From NCBI GenBank assembly GCA_051874735.1, contig JBJEGD010000010.1:1-61573 (forward strand): a stretch of 61,573 nucleotides of DNA, written 5' to 3'. Both the position numbers and the translations under genes were made by a program. This document shows, piece after piece, positions 1 to 9,379 of this stretch. Positions within the stretch are counted from its first letter, which is position 1, and each line of letters starts with the position of its first letter. The notes below the pieces were generated by a model. It did no database searches, was not told where the DNA came from, and saw nothing but the letters and a program-made list of their open reading frames with translations. The stretch comes from Candidatus Bruticola sp. (lineage in GTDB: Bacteria; Vulcanimicrobiota; Xenobia; Xenobiales; Xenobiaceae).

Positions 1-141
1 CGCCTGGCGTTTCTTTGCCCAAAGGAAGAACCGCTCTTAGAGCGGTTTAGCCGCCTGGCTATCCGGCTGAGCCCAATAGGACCGGAGCCAATAGCCAGGC
101 CTTTAACTGCTAGCTAGAGCCTGCAAAAGTTTTAGCTGTTG

Positions 142-1140
142 CTATTTTTTGGGGTTATTGTAAATATTGACAGTTTGTACTGAAGAGTTAGAAGGGTCAG
201 TTACAGTTTTAGGCCCGACTGCATTGGGGCGGCCAGGTAATGGGCCCTGTCCTTTAGCTTGGTGGACTACGCCGCTAGCTTTATCGACTTCACCTTTGGG
301 CACAGGACGGCCGCCGGGAGCACCGGGAGGGGCTATTTTGTGAGGATGATATTCGGGGGAGCCATGGGGCTCTACCATTACGCTGCCGTTTCCAGCTCCA
401 TTCGATATGGTCGGAGCGTTACTAATGTTATCGGAGGGGCGCAGCGTAGTTAAAAAGCGCGTATAAACTGAAAGCGCTCGGGTAAACTTATCTTCAGGAG
501 CAGACAGCATCACAATGTAAGTTTCTTTCTTTTTCAGACTGCGCACACAGGCTACATTTACATTGCATCGGGAAACTGGTTGACCGTCTAAAAGCAGCAG
601 CATAGTCTGTTGAGAGACTTTCATAGCTGAAGTGCTGTAGTTGCGCTCACTGATCACTTCGGAACTAAGTAAATTAGGAATATTGACAAAATTTTGTACA
701 ATAAATTCGTAATTTACCCTTTCAATAGGCACTTCCCAGCCTCCATAAGGCACCACTATAATGTGAGCCTGCATATCGGGCGGAGAAACAAAATCGGAAT
801 AGAGCTGCGAAGTAGTGGAATCGACCAGAATATTTAAAAGCCAACCTTTCGGACACTTGGCCGCATATTTAGCTGAAAGCATGTGCTTTTGGTAGGCTTC
901 TTGCTTAACGGCCAGGACTTTGTATTGTTCCTGGTTGAAACTGGAAACTAAGGCTTCCGCAAAAGAACGCCTGCTAAGATTACTGATACTCTCAGTCATG
1001 GCATTGGGAGCCAGACCCAAACTACCGCCCATAGATTGTTTACTGTTTACATGCAGTAAAGTATAAACAGTAGCGACCGTCATAATTAAACAAGCTGCGG
1101 CTATACTTAAAGTAGCCCAATTTGTTTTTTTCATTTGCAC
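142..1140 (-). CDS. Hypothetical membrane-anchored protein, possible PsbP/DcrB-like domain plus Pro/Gly-rich tail
   Basis: 332-aa ORF with an N-terminal hydrophobic helix. The segments KCPKGW and YIVMLSAPEDKFTRALSVYTRFLTTLR resemble the ends of PsbP/DcrB-like folds. Low-complexity C-terminus. Confidence 0.55.
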   Translation of the reverse strand: MQMKKTNWATLSIAAACLIMTVATVYTLLHVNSKQSMGGSLGLAPNAMTESISNLSRRSFAEALVSSFNQEQYKVLAVKQEAYQKHMLSAKYAAKCPKGWLLNILVDSTTSQLYSDFVSPPDMQAHIIVVPYGGWEVPIERVNYEFIVQNFVNIPNLLSSEVISERNYSTSAMKVSQQTMLLLLDGQPVSRCNVNVACVRSLKKKETYIVMLSAPEDKFTRALSVYTRFLTTLRPSDNISNAPTISNGAGNGSVMVEPHGSPEYHPHKIAPPGAPGGRPVPKGEVDKASGVVHQAKGQGPLPGRPNAVGPKTVTDPSNSSVQTVNIYNNPKK

Positions 1141-1389
1141 TGCTTTCTGCTTAAAGCTGAAAAATTTTCATCCTACTTCGGGATAGAAGGGGCAATTAGG
1201 CTTTACAACCTTGTCTTCCTCCTGCAGCTGTAACTGGCAACCGCCTGATTCTAGCCTTAAAAGCCACAATTTTTAAGTTCATCTACTTAACTTTTTATAT
1301 CTATTTATAATAATGATAATAAAGTGTCAATATCCTTGTAAAAACAGATTTTTTAATTGCGCGTTATTGATAATAAAGCAGGATAAAAA

Positions 1390-2598
1390 TTGTCAATATA
1401 TAAATGCGTATTTATGAATTTAAGTGTACAGCGCAATTTGCTCAATTTAGAAAATAATCAAGTTAATCAGTCGCCAGTTTCTCTAGAAAGCGAAAATAAA
1501 GCAAATTATGGAAAGGCAAGCGGTCATCAGACTGCAGAAGCTGAATCTTTTCATAGCCATAAAGTTGGCAAGACTCACGCTTGTTGTCTTTCCAGCCCGT
1601 CTGATAAGGCTTGCCACTCGGAGGCCGCCTCAACTTTTTTAGAAGAGGGCTGCGACCACAATGAGATTCACGAACACCATCATCATGGCCACCATCATCA
1701 TCACCATTTTGAAACTGACAATTTAGATGCCACTATTCGCCGTGTGCTCTATTTTAGTATTTTTATTAACTTATTTTATGTAGTTTTAGAAGCTTTTTGC
1801 GGCCTAAAATTTAATTCTTTGGGGCTGCTTTCCGATGCTGGCCACAATCTCAGCGATGTTTTTAGTCTGGCTTTAGCTTTGTTGGCGGCTTTTTTAGTTG
1901 CGGTGCGTCCTAAGCAAAATTTAACTTACGGACTTAGAAAATCAACTATTCTTATTTCTTTAGTTAACGCCGTTATTTTGATTTTGGCTGTATTAGGCAT
2001 AGTTTACGAAAGTGTGCGGCGTTTCAGCCATCCTGAGCCTATACCTGGATGTATGGTCTCCTATGTAGCTGGTGCCGGTATTATCGTGAACGGTTTAACC
2101 GTCTGGCTGCTCAACCGCAACCGGCGCGACGATTTAAATGTAGCAGGAGCCTTCTGGCATATGGCTGCCGATACTTTAGTTTCTGTAGGGGTGCTTATTT
2201 CCGGTATTATTATCAGCTTTACCAACTGGTATATAGTTGATACTATAGTCAGCCTGATTGTTGCCGCTGTTATTGTGGTTGCGTCCTGGGATTTCTTGTG
2301 CGACAGTGTCAGGCTGGCGCTCGACGGTGTGCCCAGCCACATAAATATTAAAGAAGTGAGTGAAAAGTGTCTGCAGGTAGAGGGGGTGCGGAGTGTGCAT
2401 CACTTGCATATTTGGGCTTTGAGTACCCGCCTCAACGCTATGACTGCTCATATCGTAGTGGAAGAACACTGCGACGGCAGCCGAGTTAAAAAAGAACTGC
2501 GCCAAGTATTGGGCCGCTTAGGTATCGATCACGCCACTTTAGAATTGGAAAATGGAGGCGAGGAGTGCAGCGCGGCTGAGAACTGCTGCGGCAGTTAA
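1390..2598 (+). CDS. Cation diffusion facilitator (CzcD/ZitB-like Zn/Co/Cd exporter) with His/Cys-rich N-terminus; likely start ATG 1414
   Basis: LLSDAGHNLSD (TM2 HxxxD), FWHMAAD (TM5 HxxxD), TYG motif, HHLHIW, HATLELE; poly-His tract HEHHHHGHHHHHH. Confidence 0.93.
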   Translation: MSIYKCVFMNLSVQRNLLNLENNQVNQSPVSLESENKANYGKASGHQTAEAESFHSHKVGKTHACCLSSPSDKACHSEAASTFLEEGCDHNEIHEHHHHGHHHHHHFETDNLDATIRRVLYFSIFINLFYVVLEAFCGLKFNSLGLLSDAGHNLSDVFSLALALLAAFLVAVRPKQNLTYGLRKSTILISLVNAVILILAVLGIVYESVRRFSHPEPIPGCMVSYVAGAGIIVNGLTVWLLNRNRRDDLNVAGAFWHMAADTLVSVGVLISGIIISFTNWYIVDTIVSLIVAAVIVVASWDFLCDSVRLALDGVPSHINIKEVSEKCLQVEGVRSVHHLHIWALSTRLNAMTAHIVVEEHCDGSRVKKELRQVLGRLGIDHATLELENGGEECSAAENCCGS

Positions 2599-2629
2599 AT
2601 AAAGTTTGGCGCAAAATCTTTCGGCTGCC

Positions 2630-3643
2630 TTAGGGCTCTAGGCCGTGGCGCAGAAAGTTAAAAACCTCCTGCCAAGCTTGTTCAGTTTCCTGACGCTCTG
2701 CGGTGCTTACCCCCTTTTTTATATAAGGTGCGTAAACTAAGAAGCCGTGCAAGCAGTTTGGGTACTGCAAGAATTTGCAAGAAACTGAATTAGCTTTTAA
2801 CGTGCGGGCCAGAACTTGTCCCTGTTCAGGAGGGGTGATGTCGTCTAGGCCGCCTTGCAGAATCAGCACTGGTATTTGCAGCTTGGCTGCTGCCGTAAGA
2901 CCGTGGCGCATACTGAAGGATAGGGGACGAGACTGTGGACCGTCGCCATAAGTTCTTTTAGTAATAGGATCGTTACCCAGTTTGCCGACCTCTTTTAAAT
3001 AATCCCACCACGAATAAATATCTGCCACGCCGTAAGCAAAAATTAAACCTTGAATATCGTTAGGTTGGAGGCGCGCTGCCGCCAAGAGGCTGATTAAAGC
3101 TCCGTGGGAGGCGCCCATAAAGTAAATTTGGCGCTTATCTATGTTGGGGCGGGCCCGAAGCAGGCGGAAAGCGTTGAGAACGTCGTCCGTTTCTCCTTTG
3201 GCGATTTCTATCTCACCTTCTGATCCATCTTCGCCCCGGTAGCTGGGAGAAAAAACCGCCCAGCCTTGGGAAGCTAGGCGCAAACTGGACAGTTCGTGAT
3301 ATTTAGAAATACCCGAAATGCCGTCGTGGTTAAAAATAACTAGAGGAAGTTGCCCTTCTTTAGGAGGTAAATACAAGCGCCCCTTAACCTTCAATTTGCC
3401 TGAGGGATAAGTCCATTCTTCTATTTGGATATTTTTTTGAGAAGGCAGACGGCGCACTTGTACCGACTGATCGGAAGTCGCTGATAAATAGTCTGTATTG
3501 GCCGATATACGAAGATCGGGAGTACATACCTTGGGTGGCCTTAAAGTGCTCGCTTCTTCGTGGTTTGGCCAAGCTGATGAAGGTGAACTAAGCAAGCCTA
3601 AGCCGAGCAGACTGGTAAAAAAAATTCGTAAATAATTGCCCAT
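2630..3643 (-). CDS. Secreted alpha/beta hydrolase, prolyl oligopeptidase (S9)-like
   Basis: Signal peptide; YRG..GSEG; nucleophile elbow GASHG; QGGLDD acid; HGF catalytic His. Confidence 0.85.
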   Translation of the reverse strand: MGNYLRIFFTSLLGLGLLSSPSSAWPNHEEASTLRPPKVCTPDLRISANTDYLSATSDQSVQVRRLPSQKNIQIEEWTYPSGKLKVKGRLYLPPKEGQLPLVIFNHDGISGISKYHELSSLRLASQGWAVFSPSYRGEDGSEGEIEIAKGETDDVLNAFRLLRARPNIDKRQIYFMGASHGALISLLAAARLQPNDIQGLIFAYGVADIYSWWDYLKEVGKLGNDPITKRTYGDGPQSRPLSFSMRHGLTAAAKLQIPVLILQGGLDDITPPEQGQVLARTLKANSVSCKFLQYPNCLHGFLVYAPYIKKGVSTAERQETEQAWQEVFNFLRHGLEP

Positions 3644-3764
3644 ATTTAGCCTTTCTTTAATTGGTCAAGCCTACCTGCCAGGCTCTCAGAGGTCTATAAA
3701 AGGGAATATCATTGGGGCAGGGAATGAGGGGGGTAATTTTTTAGAAAGGCGGACGAGTTATATT

Positions 3765-4214
3765 ATGCCCAGCTTCCTTACTATACCATACTATATACCT
3801 TCATACGTAACCGCTGCCCTTATTTTGGTAGTCATTTACGTATCTTGTTCAACTACTAGCGGCGAGCACCGCTTCGGCTTCCACGTGGGCCGCCGCCTGA
3901 GCGAATCTGTAGTTTTGGCCATTTTAAGCTTCGTTTTGCCGAAAACTACTTTTGGTACTCTGCCAGTACTAAATATGGTTTTCCCCAAAGATTTAGGCTT
4001 TATGCAGATCGCCATCCTCTGGGGCGGCGTTGGGTTAATCGTATCTTCCTTGGTTTGGTTGTTTAAACACGACTTTAACGATCACGGCAGCAAGCTTTAT
4101 GTAGGACAGGCTGACAACGAAGTGCGCCGCACCGTTAACGTGGTAGTTACTCACGAATATGTTACCCGCCAAGACGACGAAAATAAGGCTGCTTCCGAGG
4201 CAGAGAAAAAGTAA
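3765..4214 (+). CDS. Hypothetical membrane protein (about 3 TM helices)
   Basis: Open frame 3636-4214; ATG 3765 preferred because it avoids overlapping the divergent gene. Three hydrophobic segments and a charged tail. Confidence 0.6.
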   Translation: MPSFLTIPYYIPSYVTAALILVVIYVSCSTTSGEHRFGFHVGRRLSESVVLAILSFVLPKTTFGTLPVLNMVFPKDLGFMQIAILWGGVGLIVSSLVWLFKHDFNDHGSKLYVGQADNEVRRTVNVVVTHEYVTRQDDENKAASEAEKK

Positions 4215-4239
4215 AATTTAAGAAGTAAGGCTTAAACAG

Positions 4240-5040
4240 TTGCATATACTTATAACTAACGATGACGGCATCGACGCTCCGGGTATCAAGGCTCTGATCG
4301 CCGAATTTGCCTCTATAGAAAATAGTCGAATTACCGTAGTAGCTCCCCATTTACAGCGCAGCGCCTCTAGCCACTCGCTGACTTTTCACGATCCGCTGCG
4401 TATTTACAAACAATGGGAGGAGGGCAACGTGCGCCAATTTGCTGCCAGCGGTACCCCTACCGATTGTGTTATGCTAGGTTTGTATAAATTGTGCGGTGAA
4501 AAGCCCGATTTTTTACTTACTGGCATAAACCGCGGGGCTAATATGGGCTACGACATATCTTATTCTGCTACCGTTTCTTCCGCTTTAGAAGGTATTGTTA
4601 TGGGAGTTCCTTCTTTGGCTGTTTCTTTGGTAGGGCGTAATCCGCAGCGCTACGATATGGCTGCCAGATGGGCCCACCGTCTGTTTGATAGATGGATGAA
4701 ATCTCTCCAGGCCGATACTGAAGAGGAGCGGGCGTCTTTTTACGTGCCTTCTCATTCTATTCTCAGTATGAATGTGCCCGACATTCCCGAGGAAGAAATC
4801 AAGGGACTCCGTTTTACTCGTCAGGGTAAGAGCATTTATCATCAAGGGGTAGATAAGTTTATCGATCCTTGGGGAGGCGAGTTCTATTGGATTAAAGGGG
4901 AAATTCCTCAAGGTGAGTTGATTGAAGGAACCGATTTTCAAGCTGTACATAACGGCTATGTTTCGGTTACGCCAGTGCAGATGAACTTTACAGATGCTGA
5001 AACTTTGACGCGTTTGCAGCAGAGCTGTCTAAGTTTTTAA
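4240..5040 (+). CDS. surE: 5'/3'-nucleotidase SurE
   Basis: ILITNDDG, VVAP, S.SSHSLT, GTPTDCV, GINRGAN, YS.TV, GYVSVTP motifs. Confidence 0.95.
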   Translation: MHILITNDDGIDAPGIKALIAEFASIENSRITVVAPHLQRSASSHSLTFHDPLRIYKQWEEGNVRQFAASGTPTDCVMLGLYKLCGEKPDFLLTGINRGANMGYDISYSATVSSALEGIVMGVPSLAVSLVGRNPQRYDMAARWAHRLFDRWMKSLQADTEEERASFYVPSHSILSMNVPDIPEEEIKGLRFTRQGKSIYHQGVDKFIDPWGGEFYWIKGEIPQGELIEGTDFQAVHNGYVSVTPVQMNFTDAETLTRLQQSCLSF

Positions 5041-5061
5041 TTTTTGAGGGAGTAGCAGGTT

Positions 5062-6285
5062 ATGACCCGATCCGAAGGTTGCGATCCCGCTACCGGTTTG
5101 CCTTTTTTGCGCACTTTATACGGCCGTGTTGCTGAAGCGTTAGAACAAGGGCGAGAGGTCGGCTTTTTATTCTTTGATATAAAGCAGTTTAGCGTTTTGA
5201 TAAAAAAACAGGGAGAAGCTCAGGCTATCTCTATTATGGCAGCTTTAGGAAAGGCCCTAGCAGAACGTTACCGTTCTATTTGTCGAGAAGCCGATCTATT
5301 GGCCGTTTCAGAAGAAAGCTGCGGTTGTTTTTACCTGCTGCTGCTCTCTCCGCCACGTCTGCTTCCCAAACTGACCATTCCTTCAGTAAAAAAGGCTTCT
5401 CAGCGCATTCTAAAATTTTTTAATGCGGTGGCTGAAGAAGTGGCCGCAGAATTCGGATTGCACGGCTGTTTAAAATTCCGCTGCGGAGGCAGTGTTATTC
5501 CCGTTGACAGCGGTATCCCTATCGATCGTTTAATCGCTGAGGCTAAGCGCGACGCCGATAGACGCAGCGATCTGAAAGAAATTTTAACCAATTTTCTCTC
5601 CAATATTATTCATGAAATGCGCACTCCATTGACCTGTATTAAAGGCTACACGGAGAATCTACTCGATGGCGCTGTAGAGAATAAGGAACTGGCTTATCAG
5701 TGGCTGCGCATTATTAGTGAAGAAGCCGACCGTATGGACAAGCTGATTAGCGATTTAACTGATATTTCCATGATCGAAGCTCATCAGTTTGAATTCCATT
5801 GCGAAGCTGTCGACTTCGCTGCTTTGGTGCGCCATGCTGCCGATGTAGTCCAGATTAGCGCCTCTAAGCATAACATTCAAATAGTAGTCAACTGTCCCGA
5901 CAATCTGCCGTTAATGATGCTCGATCCCGATCGAATTAGTCAAGTTATTATCAATCTTCTGGATAACGCGGTCAAATATTCTGTTGGGGGTAAGTTAGTA
6001 GAAATGTCTGTGTGCTGCCGCAACAATTCTCAAGTGGAGTTGTCTGTACGCGACTACGGCCCAGGCATACCCGACAGCAAATTGCCCTACCTTTTTGATC
6101 GTTTTTACCGAGGTGTCAGCAGCAAAGAGGCTAAAGGACGCGGTTTGGGATTGTCTATAGCTAAATGTATTGCTGAAGCTCACGGCGGTCAAATTTTGGT
6201 GCATTCAACCGTAGGTAGCGGCAGCACTTTTATTCTTTCTCTGCCTATTGTTCTTGAGAATCAACAGCCCGATCAAGTTAATTAA
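5062..6285 (+). CDS. Cytoplasmic sensor histidine kinase with N-terminal degenerate GGDEF-like domain
   Basis: H-box HEMRTPLT, N-box NLLDNAVKY, G1 DYGPGI, F-box LFDRFY, G2 GRGLGL. N-terminus DPATGLP...LFFDIKQF...G is GGDEF-like. Confidence 0.88.
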   Translation: MTRSEGCDPATGLPFLRTLYGRVAEALEQGREVGFLFFDIKQFSVLIKKQGEAQAISIMAALGKALAERYRSICREADLLAVSEESCGCFYLLLLSPPRLLPKLTIPSVKKASQRILKFFNAVAEEVAAEFGLHGCLKFRCGGSVIPVDSGIPIDRLIAEAKRDADRRSDLKEILTNFLSNIIHEMRTPLTCIKGYTENLLDGAVENKELAYQWLRIISEEADRMDKLISDLTDISMIEAHQFEFHCEAVDFAALVRHAADVVQISASKHNIQIVVNCPDNLPLMMLDPDRISQVIINLLDNAVKYSVGGKLVEMSVCCRNNSQVELSVRDYGPGIPDSKLPYLFDRFYRGVSSKEAKGRGLGLSIAKCIAEAHGGQILVHSTVGSGSTFILSLPIVLENQQPDQVN

Positions 6286-6309
6286 TTCAATATCTATTGA
6301 GGAGCCTTC

Positions 6310-7062
6310 GTGCGTACTTATCAAATTTTAGGTGTTAAATTTCATGCTGTCAGTATGGCTGAAGCTTTAAAAATTATGGAAGCTTACTTGCTTGAAGATA
6401 AGCCCCATTTAGTGGTTACAGTTGGCCCTGAAATGATTATGCGGGCGCAGCACGATGAAGAGTTTAAGCGCATAGTCAATGGGGCCGATTTAGTAGTCGC
6501 TGACGGCAGCGGAGTGCTTTGGGCTGCGGCTCGATGTGGCGTGAAAGTTCCAGAACGGGTAGCCGGTGTGGAACTGATCGATAAATTCGCGGAAATTTTA
6601 GCTTCTCGACAGGAAAAAGCGGGCTTATATTTTTTGGGAGCAGCTCCAGGCATAGCGGAAAAGGCGGCAGAAAAAATGCAGGCTAAATATTCAAATTTGC
6701 CTGTGGCTGGTGTTCATGACGGTTTCTTCAAAGATGACGCCGCTATGGCTGATGATATTAAACGGAGCGGCGCTCAAGTAGTTTATGCGGCTTTGGGCTC
6801 GCCCAAGCAGGAAAAATTTGTTCGCGATTATGGGAAGCAAGCTGGTTTAAAAGTGGGAGTGGGAGTAGGTGGTAGTTTCGATGTCATTTCCGGACTGAAG
6901 AAGCGGGCGCCGAGACTGTTTATCAAATTGCGTTTAGAATGGCTGTATAGAATTTTAGCTGAGCCCAGCCGTTGGCGCCGGGCTTTGGCTATTCCCAATT
7001 TTATGCATCAGGTTATAAAACAAGGTCGGGGGGCTGTAACAGAGTGGAAGGAAGAATCATAG
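6310..7062 (+). CDS. WecB/TagA/CpsF family glycosyltransferase
   Basis: ADGSGV, ERVAGVEL, FLGA.PG, HDGFF, LGSPKQE, GVGGSFD, KRAP, LEWLYR..EPSRWRR. Confidence 0.94.
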   Translation: MRTYQILGVKFHAVSMAEALKIMEAYLLEDKPHLVVTVGPEMIMRAQHDEEFKRIVNGADLVVADGSGVLWAAARCGVKVPERVAGVELIDKFAEILASRQEKAGLYFLGAAPGIAEKAAEKMQAKYSNLPVAGVHDGFFKDDAAMADDIKRSGAQVVYAALGSPKQEKFVRDYGKQAGLKVGVGVGGSFDVISGLKKRAPRLFIKLRLEWLYRILAEPSRWRRALAIPNFMHQVIKQGRGAVTEWKEES

Positions 7063-7754
7063 AAGTAAAAGAGCGCCCTTGGTGGGAATTGGCGCTCGAT
7101 TTCCTTTACGTACCGGATTGTCCCGGTTGTGGTCGGCTGGCGATTTACGGTTTATGCGCCGATTGTCTCAAAGGTGTGCAGCCGCTGAAGCTTAAATTAC
7201 CTACCGGATTAATTGTCTATTGCGGCGGCTGGTATGAACGATCCTTAAAAAAAGCGGTTTTGTCTTTTAAAAAGATGGAGCAGACTTATTTGCTCTTTGC
7301 TTTAGTGCGCCTTATGCTGCGGGCTCTGCCTGCAAATTGGACGAAGTTCCCTTTATATTGTCTGTCTGTGCCCGCCAATAGGCGCCGCCGCCGTTCCTTT
7401 TATGGCCCCGATCTTATGGCCCAAGAGCTACTTCGCCAGGTGCCCCAATGGCAGAGCGGTCAAAACTGGCTGCGTCCGGTGCGCCGTTTTCAGGTGCAAA
7501 AAATGTTGCGGCGGCGCGAGCGTTTTCATAATGTCCAGGGCGGCTACGAAGCTTCAGCCGAAGTTGAGGGCAAACATATAGTAATTATCGATGATGTTAC
7601 CACCACTGGGGCCACTCTAGAAGAAGCCGCCCTGGCGTTGCAGCAGCGGGGAGCTGCGGGTGTGGCTGCCTTTACCGCTGCCGCTTCCAGCTATATCCAA
7701 CGCAGCGACATTGAGTGGGAAAGGCTTGAGCCTAATAAGCTCAAAATTGTCTAA
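7044..7754 (+). CDS. ComF family protein (zinc finger plus phosphoribosyltransferase domain)
   Basis: CPGC...CADC zinc motif and PRT loop IIDDVTTTGATL. In-frame GTG 7044 overlapping the upstream gene end is a more plausible start than 6972. Confidence 0.85.
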   Translation: MEGRIIEVKERPWWELALDFLYVPDCPGCGRLAIYGLCADCLKGVQPLKLKLPTGLIVYCGGWYERSLKKAVLSFKKMEQTYLLFALVRLMLRALPANWTKFPLYCLSVPANRRRRRSFYGPDLMAQELLRQVPQWQSGQNWLRPVRRFQVQKMLRRRERFHNVQGGYEASAEVEGKHIVIIDDVTTTGATLEEAALALQQRGAAGVAAFTAAASSYIQRSDIEWERLEPNKLKIV

Positions 7755-7762
7755 CTTTCAAT

Positions 7763-8383
7763 TCACTGTTTGTTCAGCTCTATATCGATAATTGGCTGCG
7801 TTATCATTATGTCGGTAATCTTATGGTCTTTGACGCCGAAATGGACGCCGTCTTCCCAATAATGGAGAGTGTAGCGCTGTCCTAAATCGCTGATAGATTC
7901 CGTTCTGACCCCTTTAGTTTCCGCCTCATAATTTTCACCGAACAGGCGCAGAGCGTTTTCGATATCGGCTCCTACTTTTATTTGTTTTTCGGGAGCTTCA
8001 TCGCTATTTTTTAAACCTACTATAAAGCACGGATTAAAAATAAAGACTGACTGAACTAAATTTTTGTTGACCGCTACATTGATATTGTATTTAGGAAATA
8101 GATATAGTATGGCATTTTTCTGCGGACGAAGTGAAGCTTGGCCCAGAGTAGGCTCTAAAAGCGTAGCTTTCATGCCCAAAGTAATAAAACCAGCTCTATA
8201 TCCGGGTACAATGCGGTTATCATAAGAACCTGGTTGCGTCGGATTGGGAACTTTATTTTCTGAGTCATGAGGCCACATAAGCAGAGCAACCATCAGTCCT
8301 AAAACCATGGTCATGGCCATAAAAATTAATAAGATAGCAGGGGCACGCCTTAAGCTTGACTCGGACATGAAAAAAGCAACCAA
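7763..8383 (-). CDS. Membrane-anchored exported protein, paralog of the 18485-19351 repeat domain (likely start ATG 8368)
   Basis: One N-terminal TM helix. RIVPGYRAGFITLG...QIKVG...FG...HY...GVHFGV aligns by eye with the repeats of 18485-19351. Confidence 0.65.
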   Translation of the reverse strand: MVAFFMSESSLRRAPAILLIFMAMTMVLGLMVALLMWPHDSENKVPNPTQPGSYDNRIVPGYRAGFITLGMKATLLEPTLGQASLRPQKNAILYLFPKYNINVAVNKNLVQSVFIFNPCFIVGLKNSDEAPEKQIKVGADIENALRLFGENYEAETKGVRTESISDLGQRYTLHYWEDGVHFGVKDHKITDIMITQPIIDIELNKQ

Positions 8384-8621
8384 ATAAAATAACGAGAACG
8401 GTCAGGGAAAATATTCAGCAGCCGCCCTCCCTGAGCGCTGCGCCATATTCAGCGCAGTTAAAGGTAATCCTGTTATAGTACAAAAATTGTCAATAATTCA
8501 AGAAACGTACGGCTCATTAAATATTTTGGGGCCAGCTGGCAAATTTTTAAGCCCAGGAGTCTTCTGTATAAGGTCAGCGGTAAGTTGCCGATACTGAGTG
8601 TTGGAGGAAAAAAACTAAATT

Positions 8622-9344
8622 TTGTCTATGAACAACAATTTATCTAATAACTTTGAGATTCGCGGGGCGGCCGTTTACTGTCAAACGCCTTCGGCCGTAA
8701 AAAGAGTACTCATTTTAGGAGCAGGCCAGGCGGCTATGCAGACGGCCGATATCCTTCTGCACGACAGAACCTGCCAACTGGTGGGATTTTTAGATGATAA
8801 TCCCGACTTGCAGGGGCAGGCTATTTTTGGAATCCCTGTGTTGGGCGGTTTCTCTCAGCTAGAGTCACTGTGGAAGGGTGGCTTTTTTGACGCCTCCATT
8901 GTAGGGATAGGTTTAAATGTGCAGGCGCGCCACGCTTGTTATGAACGGTTACAAGCTTTGCAGATTCCTTTAGTTAATGCTATCGATCCTACAGTTCGCA
9001 TTAATAGGCAGGCTGTATTGGGACGCGGCATCGTTTTGTGTAGCTTTGTACATTTGGGCGTGTGTGCTCATTTAGAAGATAACTGCTTTATAGGCGCCCA
9101 CTGCAGCATCGATCACCACTGCCATTTAGGTAAGACGGTCTTTATGGGACCTGGGTGTCTGCTTTCTGGTACGGTTTCAGTAGGTGACAAAACTTTGTTT
9201 GGTGATGGCGTGTTGGTGCAGCTAGGGCTTAATATAGGCCGCGAGTGCCGCATCAGTTCGGGAGCTATAGTTATTCACGATGTGCCCGATCGCCACTCTT
9301 TAAAGCACAGGCTGAATATGGAATTAAAGCCTATCGATAAGTAA
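8622..9344 (+). CDS. NeuD/PglD-like sugar acetyltransferase (Rossmann-like N-domain plus hexapeptide left-handed beta-helix)
   Basis: LILGAG...GFLDD...GIPVLG N-domain followed by hexapeptide repeats with DHHC. Confidence 0.88.
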   Translation: MSMNNNLSNNFEIRGAAVYCQTPSAVKRVLILGAGQAAMQTADILLHDRTCQLVGFLDDNPDLQGQAIFGIPVLGGFSQLESLWKGGFFDASIVGIGLNVQARHACYERLQALQIPLVNAIDPTVRINRQAVLGRGIVLCSFVHLGVCAHLEDNCFIGAHCSIDHHCHLGKTVFMGPGCLLSGTVSVGDKTLFGDGVLVQLGLNIGRECRISSGAIVIHDVPDRHSLKHRLNMELKPIDK

Positions 9345-9379
9345 GAATAAGTGGCAGTCATTGGCTGGGCCTGTGTCTT

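Noticed and set aside
1302-1330. Minus-strand TTGACA as the promoter for the 142-1140 gene
   Set aside because: At 17-bp spacing the -10 is TAAATA, a poor match; TATAAA fits only at 15 bp.
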